This document shows positions 27,687 to 37,278 of a DNA stretch of 64,000 bases, piece after piece. Position 1 is the first letter of the stretch, and each line of letters starts with the position of its first letter. The stretch is from Chloroflexota bacterium (GTDB lineage Bacteria; Chloroflexota; Limnocylindria; QHBO01). The notes under the pieces were generated by a model. It was given only the letters and a program-made list of their open reading frames with translations. It was not told where the DNA came from and ran no database searches. The stretch spans positions 6,778 to 70,777 of the forward strand of contig QHBO01000016.1 of NCBI GenBank assembly GCA_003243965.1. Reading direction: 5' to 3'. The translations under genes were made by a program, and so were the position numbers.

Positions 27687-28865
27687 ATGAACCTCGTCGA
27701 CGTGTTGATCCTGGTCGTTGTCCTGGCAGCGACGGGTATCGGCGCGCGCTCAGGCTTTGCGGCGCTCTTCTTCGCCCTGCTCGGCCTGTGCGGCGGACTG
27801 CTGCTGGCCGTCGTGAGCGCGGGCCTGTTCCGCGCTCAGCTATCGGAACTGGCGCCGCAAGCGCGCCTTCTGGTCGTGCTTGCTGGAGTGGCAATCCTGC
27901 TGGCCGCCGGCGAGGGGCTCGGGGCGAGCCTTGGCGCCCGACTCTCATGGCGCCTGCGGCGGTCGGTGCTGGCACCGCTCGACGCGCTCGGCGGTGCGCT
28001 GCTCGGAGCGGGGCACGGGATCCTGATCGTCTGGCTCGTCGGATCATTCGTGCTCGCCGCCGGCGGTCCGCGCCTGGTTGCGGAGGCCCGTCGCTCGACC
28101 GTCCTGTCGGCCATTTATCGCGTCTTGCCCGCGCCGAGCCTGATCGGCTCGAGCCTGCTGGCGCTGATCGACCGCAGCGATCTCCCGCGGCTCTTCGCCG
28201 GGCTGGAACCGTCGCCGGCTCCGCCCGTGGCGCTGCCCGGCGACCAGCAGGCGCAGGCCCTGGCGCGCAGCGCGATCGCCAGCACGGTGGAGGTGGTGGT
28301 CGCCGCCTGCGATCGAGAGCAGGTCGGTACCGGCTTCTTCGTTGCCCCATCGGTGGTGGTCACCAACGCGCACGTCGTCAGCGGCGGGACGCAGATGGTG
28401 GTCCGCCGCGGCGACGGCGACCATCCCGCCATCCTGACCTTCTTCGACCCCGATCACGACATCGCACTGCTGCGGGTCAGCGGAACGACCGGAGCGCCAC
28501 TGACCCTGGCAGCCCAGATCCCGGCGCGTGGGACCCGCGGGGTGGCGCTGGGGCACCCGCTGGCGGGGCCGTTGACCGTCATCCCGGCCGCCGTCACGGC
28601 GCAGTACAACCCAGCGCGCGGGACCGACATCGACGACCGGCGTACGGTGCTGCGGTCGATCGTCGAGCTCCGGGCGCACGTCGAGCACGGCGACAGCGGC
28701 GGACCCCTGGTCGTTGCGCCCGGCGTGGTGGGTGGCATCGTGTATGGGGCGTCTGCCTCCACGGCCGATGTCGGCTATGCGCTTGCGGCGCCGATGGTGG
28801 CGCGCGAAATCTCCCCGGTCCTGGGCCGCGCGGCGCCGGTCGGCTCGGGAACGTGCATCCCCTGA
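27687..28865 (+). CDS. MarP-like membrane serine protease (CvpA-like 4-TM domain + trypsin-like domain)
   Basis: N-terminal CvpA-like helices; trypsin-fold catalytic residues (TNAHV, DIALL, GDSGGP). Confidence 0.65.
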   Translation: MNLVDVLILVVVLAATGIGARSGFAALFFALLGLCGGLLLAVVSAGLFRAQLSELAPQARLLVVLAGVAILLAAGEGLGASLGARLSWRLRRSVLAPLDALGGALLGAGHGILIVWLVGSFVLAAGGPRLVAEARRSTVLSAIYRVLPAPSLIGSSLLALIDRSDLPRLFAGLEPSPAPPVALPGDQQAQALARSAIASTVEVVVAACDREQVGTGFFVAPSVVVTNAHVVSGGTQMVVRRGDGDHPAILTFFDPDHDIALLRVSGTTGAPLTLAAQIPARGTRGVALGHPLAGPLTVIPAAVTAQYNPARGTDIDDRRTVLRSIVELRAHVEHGDSGGPLVVAPGVVGGIVYGASASTADVGYALAAPMVAREISPVLGRAAPVGSGTCIP

Positions 28866-28930
28866 GAGGCATCGCTCCTCACGTGGCCCGGGGTGTGGTG
28901 TAATCGGCCGCACTTGCGCTCGAGGTTCCG

Positions 28931-30259
28931 ATGACCGTCACGTCCAGTCGCCTCAGCACGCAGGAGATCCTGCGGCTCAACTCCGAGTACACCTTCTTCT
29001 CATGGTCGGCCCAGGCGAAGGTCAATCCGATCGTCATCGACCACGGCCAGGGGATCCACTTCTGGGATCCAGATGGCAAGCGCTACATCGACTTCAACAG
29101 CCAGCTGATGAGCGTCAACATCGGTCATGGTGATCGACGCGTGGCCGATGCCATCGCCGACCAGGCGCATACCCTCGCCTTCGCCGCACCCCAGTTCGCG
29201 ACCGAGGTGCGCGGACGCCTGGGGGAGCTGCTGGCGCAACTGACCCCGGGGGACCTGAACAAGTTCTTCTTCACCCTCGGCGGAGCGGAGGCGAACGAGA
29301 ACGCGCTGCGCATGGCCCGGATGTACACCGGTCGCCAGAAGGTGATCGCCCGCTACCGCTCCTACCACGGTGCCACCGCGGGTGCCATCAGCGTCACCGG
29401 TGACCCGCGCCGATGGGCGAACGAGCCGGGGGTGCCGGGGGTGATCCGGGTGATGGACCCGTATCGGTATGGCAATCCGGAGCCGGACCCGGTCGAGGAG
29501 CACCTCGCCTATCTCGACGAGGTGATCCAGTACGAGGGGCCAGATACGATCGCCGCCTTCATCCTGGAGACGGTCACCGGCACCAACGGGATCCTGGTCC
29601 CGCCGGACGGCTACCTCCAGGGCGTCCGCGAGCTGTGCGACCGCTACGGGATGGTGATGATCACCGACGAGGTGATGGCCGGCTTTGGGCGCACCGGACG
29701 CTGGTTCGCCGTCGATAACTGGGACGTGGTGCCGGACCTGCTGACCATGGCCAAGGGGCTCACCAGCTCGTACCTGCCGCTCGGGGCGGTGGCCATCAAG
29801 CCGGAGATCGCCGCCCACTTCAACGAGCGCGTCTATTACGGCGGCCTCACCTACTCCGCCCACCCGATCAGCTGCGCCGCGGCCATCGCCGCGGTGAACG
29901 TCCTCCGCGACGATGACCTGGTCGGCAATGCGGCTCGCCTGGGCCCGGTGATGGCGCGGCTGCTGCGCGACCTGATGGAGCGCCATCCGAGCGTCGGGAC
30001 GGTGCGCAGCATCGGTCTGTTCGGGATCCTGGAGCTCGCTCGGCGGCGCGACCCCTGGGAGCCGCTGGCGCCCTTCAACGGCAGCTCGCCGGAGATGGCC
30101 GCGCTCGAGGCACGCCTCCGCGATGACGGCCTGTACACCATGCTCCACTGGAACGGCGTCTTCACCAACCCGCCGCTGTGCATCACCGAGGACGAGCTGC
30201 GCGAGGGGTTCGCGATCATCGATCGCGCCCTCGAAGCCACCGACGCCGCCATTGCCTGA
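28931..30259 (+). CDS. class-III aminotransferase (omega-amino acid/beta-alanine:pyruvate transaminase-like)
   Basis: PLP fold with ITDEVMAGFGRTG and TMAKGLTS (Lys) motifs. Confidence 0.75.
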   Translation: MTVTSSRLSTQEILRLNSEYTFFSWSAQAKVNPIVIDHGQGIHFWDPDGKRYIDFNSQLMSVNIGHGDRRVADAIADQAHTLAFAAPQFATEVRGRLGELLAQLTPGDLNKFFFTLGGAEANENALRMARMYTGRQKVIARYRSYHGATAGAISVTGDPRRWANEPGVPGVIRVMDPYRYGNPEPDPVEEHLAYLDEVIQYEGPDTIAAFILETVTGTNGILVPPDGYLQGVRELCDRYGMVMITDEVMAGFGRTGRWFAVDNWDVVPDLLTMAKGLTSSYLPLGAVAIKPEIAAHFNERVYYGGLTYSAHPISCAAAIAAVNVLRDDDLVGNAARLGPVMARLLRDLMERHPSVGTVRSIGLFGILELARRRDPWEPLAPFNGSSPEMAALEARLRDDGLYTMLHWNGVFTNPPLCITEDELREGFAIIDRALEATDAAIA

Positions 30260-30265
30260 CCGGCG

Positions 30266-31195
30266 ATGACCGCCGCCGGCGCCCTGCTGCCGCGCCGCCG
30301 TCGACCTGCGCTGGAGATGCACGGCGCCGCCTCCGCCGCCCGGGGGGTGCTGTCTTTCGTGGTCGTCACGCTGCTGATCGCGGTCGTCTGGGAGGGCGCC
30401 AAGTGGATCGCCGGCGACCCCTGGCGCGAGATCCTGGGGATGCCGCTCAACCCGCCGCACGTGCCGCCCTTCAACGTCCTGCAGCTCAACGACCAGAACC
30501 TGCCGCATGTGTGGGACATCGTCGCGGCCTTCGGCCGGCCGGCGACGCGCAACAATCCCTTCACGCTGGGGGCGGTGCTGACCGATGCGGCCCTCTTCAC
30601 CGGCCGCAGCGCGGTGGTCGGCTTCGCCGCCGGGGCGATCTTCGGGCTGGCGCTGGCCGTCGTGTTCGTGCACAGCCGGCTCCTGGAGCGAGCGCTCGTC
30701 CCGTACGTGGTCGCCAGCCAGACGGTGCCGATCATCGCCCTCGCCCCGATGCTGGTGCTGTGGGTCGGCACCGAGTGGACGAGCGTGGCGCTGGTGAGCG
30801 CTTACCTGACCTTCTTCCCGGTCACCATCGCCGGCATCCGAGGGCTCACCTCCCCGGATCCGCGGGCGCTGGAGCTGATGCGCAGCTATGCCGGCGGCTG
30901 GTGGGGCGTGCTCTGGAAGGTGCGGTTTCCGGCTGCGCTGCCCTACCTCTTCACCGCGTTCAAGATCAGCGCCACGGCGAGCGTGGTGGGCGCCATCGTG
31001 GGCGAGGAGCCGACCGGCATCCGCGGCGGCTTGGGCCGCGCCATCCTGGAGTTCAACACGCAATACATCTCCGGCCCGGAGAAGCTGTGGGCCACGGTGC
31101 TCGTCTCCGCCGCGCTGGGCATCGCGCTGTTCGCGGCCGTTCGGCTGGCCGAGCTGCTCGTCCTCCGCGGACGCGTGGCGGCGGTGGAAGCGTGA
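30266..31195 (+). CDS. ABC transporter permease (NitT/TauT family)
   Basis: 6-TM BPD-transport domain with EAA-like loop; GTGA overlap with the ATPase gene. Confidence 0.7.
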   Translation: MTAAGALLPRRRRPALEMHGAASAARGVLSFVVVTLLIAVVWEGAKWIAGDPWREILGMPLNPPHVPPFNVLQLNDQNLPHVWDIVAAFGRPATRNNPFTLGAVLTDAALFTGRSAVVGFAAGAIFGLALAVVFVHSRLLERALVPYVVASQTVPIIALAPMLVLWVGTEWTSVALVSAYLTFFPVTIAGIRGLTSPDPRALELMRSYAGGWWGVLWKVRFPAALPYLFTAFKISATASVVGAIVGEEPTGIRGGLGRAILEFNTQYISGPEKLWATVLVSAALGIALFAAVRLAELLVLRGRVAAVEA

Positions 31196-32106
31196 GCGCG
31201 CGCCTCCCCGCCGACGTGGGCAGCGTGGGCGTCTCGGGCGCCTCGCCCGTCGCCTCCGCCGGCTCGAGCGCCTCGGGCGCCGACAGGCAGATCGTCGCGG
31301 TGCGCGGCGTCCAGAAGCGGTTCTCGATCGGCGGAGACACGACCCTGGCCCTGGAGGAGGTCGACCTGCGGGTCGAGGCGGGCGAGTTCGTGAGCCTCAT
31401 CGGTCCGTCCGGCTGCGGGAAGAGCACCCTGCTGCGGATCATCGGTGACCTCACCGCCCCCAGCGCCGGTTCGGTCGAGGTGAATGGCAAGCCCGCCCAC
31501 CGCGCACGCCACGACCGCGACTACGGGATCGTCTTCCAGGCACCGGTGCTGTTCGACTGGCGCACGATCGATTCGAACGTGCAGCTTCCCCTGGAGATCG
31601 TGGGGACGCCGCGCCGGGAGCGTGCTCAGCGCGCCTCGGAGATGCTTGCCCTGGTGGAGCTCTCGGACTTTCGCCGCCACCACCCCTGGCAGCTCTCGGG
31701 CGGCATGCAGCAGCGTGCGGCGATCGCGCGTGCGCTGGTCCTGGAGCCCAGGCTGCTGCTCATGGACGAGCCGTTCGGCGCGTTGGATGAGATGACCCGC
31801 GAGCGGATGAACGACGAGCTGCTGCGAATCTGGGAACGGACCGGAACGACCGTCATCTTCGTCACGCACTCGATTCCCGAGGCGGTCTTCCTCTCGAGCC
31901 GCGTGGTGATCATGTCGCCGCGGCCGGGGCGCATCACCCGCATCATCCCCATCGACCTGCCGCGTCCCCGCGACGATGCGACCCGCGAGACGCCGCGCTA
32001 CTTCGAGCTCGTCACCGAGGTGCGGGAGGCGCTTCGCGGCGGAGAGCTCCGGCAGCCCGCGCAGGGGAAGGCGGCTGACGAGGCCGCCGGCAGGCTCGGA
32101 ACATGA
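31192..32106 (+). CDS. ABC transporter ATP-binding protein (NitT/TauT family)
   Basis: Walker A GPSGCGKST, signature LSGGMQQR, Walker B LLLMDEP; GTG start at the permease stop. Confidence 0.8.
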   Translation: MSARLPADVGSVGVSGASPVASAGSSASGADRQIVAVRGVQKRFSIGGDTTLALEEVDLRVEAGEFVSLIGPSGCGKSTLLRIIGDLTAPSAGSVEVNGKPAHRARHDRDYGIVFQAPVLFDWRTIDSNVQLPLEIVGTPRRERAQRASEMLALVELSDFRRHHPWQLSGGMQQRAAIARALVLEPRLLLMDEPFGALDEMTRERMNDELLRIWERTGTTVIFVTHSIPEAVFLSSRVVIMSPRPGRITRIIPIDLPRPRDDATRETPRYFELVTEVREALRGGELRQPAQGKAADEAAGRLGT

Positions 32107-32882
32107 GACGTCGGCTCGCCTACTACCTGCCCACGATCGTCGTCTTCGTCGGCGGCATCCTCCTCTGGGAGCTGCTGGTGCGCGCCCTGAACATCGAGCG
32201 CTTCCTGCTTCCGCGACCGACCGACATCATCGGCGCCTTCGGTGACAATTGGGAGCTGCTGCGCAACGCCGGCATCAACACGCTCGTCGAGGCGGTCGGC
32301 GGCTTCGCCATCGGTCTGACGGCGGGCCTCGCCGCGGCCCTGGCAACCTCGCGCTTCGCGGTCGCACGATCGGCGCTGCTGCCGTTTGCGATCGCCGCCA
32401 ACGCGGTGCCGATCGTGGCCTTCGCCCCGATCATGAACAACTGGTTCGGTGTCACCAGCCCGTTGTCGAAGATGATGATCGTGGCGGTGCTGGTCTTCTT
32501 CCCGGTGATGATCAACGTGGTGCGCGGCCTGGTGAGCGCCGACGCGGCCACCCTGGAGCTGATGCGCTCCTACGCCGCCAGCGAGCTGCAGATCCTGCGC
32601 CGAGTCAGGATTCCCGCCGCCCTCCCCTACTTCTTCACGGCACTCAAGGTGGGGGCGACGCTGAGCCTCATCGGGGCAATCGTCGGCGAATACTTCGGCG
32701 GAGCGAGCGAGGCGCTGGGCCGCGTCATCGTCGAGAGCGCAGCATTCCTGCGCTTCTCCACCGCCTGGGCCGCCATCATCATCGCTGCGGCGCTCGGAAT
32801 CGCCTTCTACCTGCTGATCACCGCGCTGGAGCGAGTGGCGATGCCATGGCACGCGTCCGTTCGGGGCGCACGGGAAGGCTGA
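32103..32882 (+). CDS. ABC transporter permease (NitT/TauT family, second)
   Basis: ATGA overlap with the ATPase gene; BPD-transport domain. Confidence 0.7.
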   Translation: MRRRLAYYLPTIVVFVGGILLWELLVRALNIERFLLPRPTDIIGAFGDNWELLRNAGINTLVEAVGGFAIGLTAGLAAALATSRFAVARSALLPFAIAANAVPIVAFAPIMNNWFGVTSPLSKMMIVAVLVFFPVMINVVRGLVSADAATLELMRSYAASELQILRRVRIPAALPYFFTALKVGATLSLIGAIVGEYFGGASEALGRVIVESAAFLRFSTAWAAIIIAAALGIAFYLLITALERVAMPWHASVRGAREG

Positions 32883-33028
32883 CCACGGACCGATCGACTT
32901 GGCGATGGCTCGAGAGCAGGCAGGAGGTGGAGGTGGCGCCGCAGCCGGCGCATAACAGGACCCGAGGCGGAACGCAAGAATGCGGCGCGACCGTGGCCGG
33001 TCGGCCCCAACCGGAAGGAACAGCCCCG

Positions 33029-34228
33029 ATGAAGCATCTCTGGCGCAGCATCACTCTATTGGCCGCCGGCGGCTTGGCCCTGACCGCGTGCGGGACCGGC
33101 GGCGCCGGTGCCACTCCGACCACCTCCCCGAGCGTGGTCTTCTCGTCCAGCGCGGGTGCCAGCGGCCCGGCCGCACAGTCCGACTGTGGGGCGAGCGCGC
33201 TCGGCGGCTCCAACGTCAAGGTGCGGTTCCAGCTGCAGTGGACTCCGCAGGCGCAGTTCGCCGGCTACTACGCCGCCAAGGACAACGGCTACTACCGCGA
33301 TGCCGGTCTGGACGTCACGATCCTCGACGGCGGCCCGACCATCGCCCCGCAGACCGTGGTCGCCGCCAAGGACGGCCCCGAGTTCGGCGAGGCGTGGGTT
33401 CCCAAGGTGCTCGTCGCGAACGAGCAGGGCGCCGACCTGGTCAACATCGCCCAGGTGTTCCAGCGCTCCGGAACCCTGGAAGTCTCCTGGAAGGACAGCA
33501 ACATCACCGACCCGGCCCAGTGGAAGGGTAAGAAGGTCGGCGCCTGGGGCTTCGGCAACGAGTTCGAGGTGACCGCCGCAGCGCGCAAAGCCGGCCTCAC
33601 CGACGCCGACTACAAGAAGGTGACGCAGGACTTCAACATGGCGCTCCTGCTGAACCGGGAGATCGACACCGCCGAGGCGATGATCTACAACGAGCTCGCA
33701 CAGCTGCTGGAGACGACCGATCCCAAGACCGGCAAGCTCTACAGCCAGGATCAGCTAAACATCATCGACCTCAACAAGTACGGCACCGCGATGCTCCAGG
33801 ACCATGTCATCGCCCGCAAGAGCTGGCTCGACGGCCAGACCAGCGGCGTCAGCAACGCGCAGATCGCGACCTGCTTCCTGCGCGCCTCGTTCAAGGGCTG
33901 GATCTACTGCCGCGATAACCCAGACAAGTGCGTCGACATCACGCTGAACCAGGGCACCATCCTGGGCAAGGGGCACCAGCGCTGGATGATGAACGAGATC
34001 AACGCGCTGATCTGGCCCTCGCCGAGCGGCATCGGGATCCTGGATCCCAAGCTCTGGAACCAGACCGTGTCGATCTCCAAGGACTTCAAGATCCTGAAGG
34101 CCGATCCGGCGAGCTGGGCGTATCGGACCGATCTGGCGCAGAAGGCGCTCGACGGACTCCAGGGGACCGATACCCAGGGCGCGAGCTTCCAGAAGGGCAC
34201 GGTGCAGGTCACGCCCAAGGGCGAGTGA
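33029..34228 (+). CDS. NMT1/THI5-like substrate-binding lipoprotein
   Basis: ATG with a GGAAGGAA RBS; lipobox LALTAC; periplasmic binding fold of the NMT1 family (binds pyrimidine-type ligands in characterised members). Confidence 0.6.
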   Translation: MKHLWRSITLLAAGGLALTACGTGGAGATPTTSPSVVFSSSAGASGPAAQSDCGASALGGSNVKVRFQLQWTPQAQFAGYYAAKDNGYYRDAGLDVTILDGGPTIAPQTVVAAKDGPEFGEAWVPKVLVANEQGADLVNIAQVFQRSGTLEVSWKDSNITDPAQWKGKKVGAWGFGNEFEVTAAARKAGLTDADYKKVTQDFNMALLLNREIDTAEAMIYNELAQLLETTDPKTGKLYSQDQLNIIDLNKYGTAMLQDHVIARKSWLDGQTSGVSNAQIATCFLRASFKGWIYCRDNPDKCVDITLNQGTILGKGHQRWMMNEINALIWPSPSGIGILDPKLWNQTVSISKDFKILKADPASWAYRTDLAQKALDGLQGTDTQGASFQKGTVQVTPKGE

Positions 34229-34250
34229 CCCTCCACCTCCGCGCACGACC

Positions 34251-34281
34251 GATGAGGCCCCTCGACGCGAGGGGCCTCATC
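34251..34281. terminator. perfect 14-bp hairpin between convergent genes (overlaps the HAD stop codon)
   Basis: GATGAGGCCCCTCG-ACG-CGAGGGGCCTCATC seen directly. Confidence 0.4.
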
Positions 34282-34999
34282 GCATCTGGCCAGCCTCGTC
34301 CGGCTCGGGCGCGGACGCCGATCTCCACGCTTCGCCGATGCGCTCGCCGAGCTCCCGGAGGGTGTCGACGACCAGCACGCCCGGCGCTGTGCGCCCGTCT
34401 CCGGTCTCGTTCCCGCTCGCCGGCAGCCGCTGGATGACCCCCCACGGGCCGCGGCGGATCCAGACCGCCCGCATGCCGGCCGCGGCGCTCGGCAGCACGT
34501 CGTTGTCGACCCGATCCCCGACGTAGGCGACATCGGCTGCGGCGGGCGCACCGAGCAGCTCGAGGGTGCGGGCAAAGAAGGCCGGATCGGGCTTCCACAC
34601 GCCGAGCTCGTCGCTCATGGCCATCGCCTCCGCGTCCACGCCGAGTCGGCGCAGCTCCGCGGTCCTGGCCGCCGGCTGGTTGGCGATCACCGCCGTTCGA
34701 TACCCGGCCGCACGCAGCGTGGCGAACAGCGGAAGGGCGTCGGGATACAGGTCGTCTGCGCGGAAACCGTCGTACGCCGCCTCGACCTCGTCGACCCGAG
34801 CCCGCCAATCGGTCACCCCGAACAGGGCGAACACCTCGCGGTGCTCCTGGCCGCGCTCGACCACGGCCCCGAGACCGGCCAGGAAGGTGAGCCGCGGGAT
34901 GCCCAGCACGTCGGCCCAGATCGACCACACCCGGGTCTCGTCGATGAGCGTCTCGCCCACGTCCAGGACCACCCAGCGACCGTCGGCCGGCCGACTCAT
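34277..34999 (-). CDS. HAD-superfamily hydrolase
   Basis: Motif I DVGETL (DxG/D-T), motif III K, motif IV GDRVDND. Confidence 0.6.
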   Translation of the reverse strand: MSRPADGRWVVLDVGETLIDETRVWSIWADVLGIPRLTFLAGLGAVVERGQEHREVFALFGVTDWRARVDEVEAAYDGFRADDLYPDALPLFATLRAAGYRTAVIANQPAARTAELRRLGVDAEAMAMSDELGVWKPDPAFFARTLELLGAPAAADVAYVGDRVDNDVLPSAAAGMRAVWIRRGPWGVIQRLPASGNETGDGRTAPGVLVVDTLRELGERIGEAWRSASAPEPDEAGQMR

Positions 35000-35499
35000 C
35001 GGTCTCTTGCCCCGGACCTGAGCGCCCCGCGGACGCGATCGATGACCTGCGCCAGCTCGGTCTCCGGAAGGTCCGGGTGGTCGAGGCTGACGATCTCGCC
35101 GGCGCCGCTGGGAAGTGGCCGAACCTCGACGTGCCCCTCGATGAGCTGCGTGCTGAGCACGCCGGCCGGCGTGTTCGGGGCGAGATGGACGTGCAGGTGC
35201 GGAATCCCGCTGCCGAAGACGTAGGCGTACACCTGCGGCGCATCGGTGGCCTCCCGCAGCACCGCGCTGACATGCGCGATCACCCGTCCGAAGGTCGCCG
35301 CCTCGGGGCCATCGAGGTCGGCGAGAAACGGGATGTGGCGAATCGGCTCCAGGTAGCCGAAGCCGAGCGTCGGCCCCTGGGTCGCCATCGAGAAGCGCCA
35401 GAGATCGTCGCGCCAGACCTCGACCCGGCTGAGCCCCGGATCGCCGTCCGGCCCCCGGCACAGCGCGCAGTCGGGTGCCGCCGGCACTCGATCGACCAT
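34996..35499 (-). CDS. HIT-family (histidine triad) protein
   Basis: HLHVHL histidine triad; ATGA-coupled to the HAD gene. Confidence 0.65.
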   Translation of the reverse strand: MVDRVPAAPDCALCRGPDGDPGLSRVEVWRDDLWRFSMATQGPTLGFGYLEPIRHIPFLADLDGPEAATFGRVIAHVSAVLREATDAPQVYAYVFGSGIPHLHVHLAPNTPAGVLSTQLIEGHVEVRPLPSGAGEIVSLDHPDLPETELAQVIDRVRGALRSGARDR

Positions 35500-35530
35500 C
35501 CCCGCGTCCCTCGCGCCAGGCGCCCTTGGC

Positions 35531-36934
35531 TCAGGCGTTCTTCACGCCGGTGACCAGGGCCTGGACGCTCTGCTTGGCGTCCCCGAACAGCATCGCGGTC
35601 TTGTCATCGGCGTACAGCGGGTTGGCGATGCCGGCAAAGCCGGCGGCCATCGAGCGCTTGAGGACGACCACGTTGGCTGCCTGGTCGACGTTGAGGATCG
35701 GCATCCCGTAGATCGGCGAGCTCTTGTCGGTCCGGGCGGCTGGATTGGTGACGTCATTGGCGCCGATCACCAGCGCGACGTCGGCGGTCGGGAACTCGTC
35801 GTTGATCTCGTCCATCTCCTTGAGGCGCTCGTACGGCACGTTCGCCTCCGCCAGCAGCACGTTCATGTGGCCCGGCATCCGGCCGGCGACCGGGTGGATC
35901 GCGAACTGGACATCCACGCCCCGCGCCAGGAGCAGGTCCATCAGCTCGCGGACCGGCTGCTGCGCCTGGGCGACGGCCATCCCGTAGCCCGGAACGATGA
36001 TCACCTTCTGGCCATAGGCCATCAGCACCGCCGCGTCCTCGGCGCCGATCTCCCTCGCGTTCTGCTCCGCGCCGGCCGGTCCCCCGGCGGCGGCGCCCCC
36101 CGTGCCGAACGCACCGAACAGCACGTTGAACAGCGACCGATTCATGGCCCGGCACATCAGCTGGGTGAGGACCGCGCCGGACGCGCCGACCAGCGTGCCG
36201 GCGATCAGCAGCGCGTAGTTGCCGAGCACGAAGCCGGTGGCCGCGACCGCGATCCCGGTGTAGCTGTTCAGCAGGCTGATGACCACCGGCATGTCCGCCC
36301 CGCCGATCGGCATCACCAGCGCCACGCCGGTGACGAGCGCGATCGCGACGAACGCCAGGAACAGCGGGACGCTGTTGGTGATCGCGGCCAGCACGATGCC
36401 GATGACCACCAGCGCACCGAGCAGGACGGCAGCGACGATCTGCTGACCCGGATAGCTCACCGGGCGCGCGGGGATGAGCCCCTGTAGCTTGCCAAAGGCG
36501 ACGATCGATCCGGTCAGCGAGACGCCACCGATGACGGCGCCCAGGAGCGTGGCGATCATCGGTACCAGGGGAAGAAGGCCACTCCCGTGTCCCGCGGCGG
36601 CGAGGAACTCGGAGAGCGCGACGACCGCTGCGGCGCCGCCTCCGGCGCCGTTGAAGATGGCCACCATCTGCGGCATGGCCGTCATCGGCACCCGTCGGGC
36701 GCCGAGCATGCCGACGACCGCACCGATGGCGCCGGCCAGCAGCAGGATCCACCAATGCGAGAGCATGCCCGGGGTGACGGCGAGGGTCCACACGATCACC
36801 AGCGCCATCCCGGCGGCGCCGAGCAGGTTGCCGGTGCGGGCCGTCCGGGGCGAGGCGAGGAACCTCAGGGCCAGGATGAACCCGGAAGCGGCGAGCAGGT
36901 ACACCACGTAGGTGAGGAGCGTGAGCAGCGTCAT
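35531..36934 (-). CDS. pntB: NAD(P) transhydrogenase subunit beta
   Basis: N-terminal multi-TM domain plus C-terminal NADP(H)-binding dIII domain (GYGMAVAQAQ...). Confidence 0.85.
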   Translation of the reverse strand: MTLLTLLTYVVYLLAASGFILALRFLASPRTARTGNLLGAAGMALVIVWTLAVTPGMLSHWWILLLAGAIGAVVGMLGARRVPMTAMPQMVAIFNGAGGGAAAVVALSEFLAAAGHGSGLLPLVPMIATLLGAVIGGVSLTGSIVAFGKLQGLIPARPVSYPGQQIVAAVLLGALVVIGIVLAAITNSVPLFLAFVAIALVTGVALVMPIGGADMPVVISLLNSYTGIAVAATGFVLGNYALLIAGTLVGASGAVLTQLMCRAMNRSLFNVLFGAFGTGGAAAGGPAGAEQNAREIGAEDAAVLMAYGQKVIIVPGYGMAVAQAQQPVRELMDLLLARGVDVQFAIHPVAGRMPGHMNVLLAEANVPYERLKEMDEINDEFPTADVALVIGANDVTNPAARTDKSSPIYGMPILNVDQAANVVVLKRSMAAGFAGIANPLYADDKTAMLFGDAKQSVQALVTGVKNA

Positions 36935-37278
36935 CGGCGTCCGCCCTCGCCCTTGCCCGCCTCGTCGCCGCCTCGGCCTCGGCCCCGGCCGCGGAACATC
37001 TCGAGCATCCGGTCGGTGACCACGAAGCCGCCGACCACGTTGATGGTGCCGAGCACGACGGCGACGAAGGCCAGCACGATGCGCAGCGGATCATCCGCGG
37101 TGGCCGCCACCAGCATCGCGCCGACCACGATCACGCCGTGCACCGCATTGGCGCCCGACATCAACGGCGTGTGGAGCATGGTGGGCACCTTGCTGACCAC
37201 CTCGTAGCCGACGAACGCGGCCAGCACCAGGATGAAGAGCGCGTCGATGAGCGCGCGCGGGTCGAGCGCCTCGGTCAT
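36931..37278 (-). CDS. pntAB: NAD(P) transhydrogenase subunit alpha part 2 (membrane)
   Basis: 115-aa three-helix membrane subunit; 4-nt overlaps with both neighbours. Confidence 0.7.
   Translation of the reverse strand: MTEALDPRALIDALFILVLAAFVGYEVVSKVPTMLHTPLMSGANAVHGVIVVGAMLVAATADDPLRIVLAFVAVVLGTINVVGGFVVTDRMLEMFRGRGRGRGGDEAGKGEGGRR

Noticed and set aside
29000-31063. 687-aa minus-strand ORF
   Set aside because: Antisense of the aminotransferase and ABC permease genes, which carry clear PLP and ABC motifs on the plus strand.
35754-37094. 446-aa minus-strand ORF overlapping pntB
   Set aside because: Alternate frame of pntB on the same strand. The pntB frame gives canonical transhydrogenase beta sequence; this frame gives Arg/Gly-rich junk.
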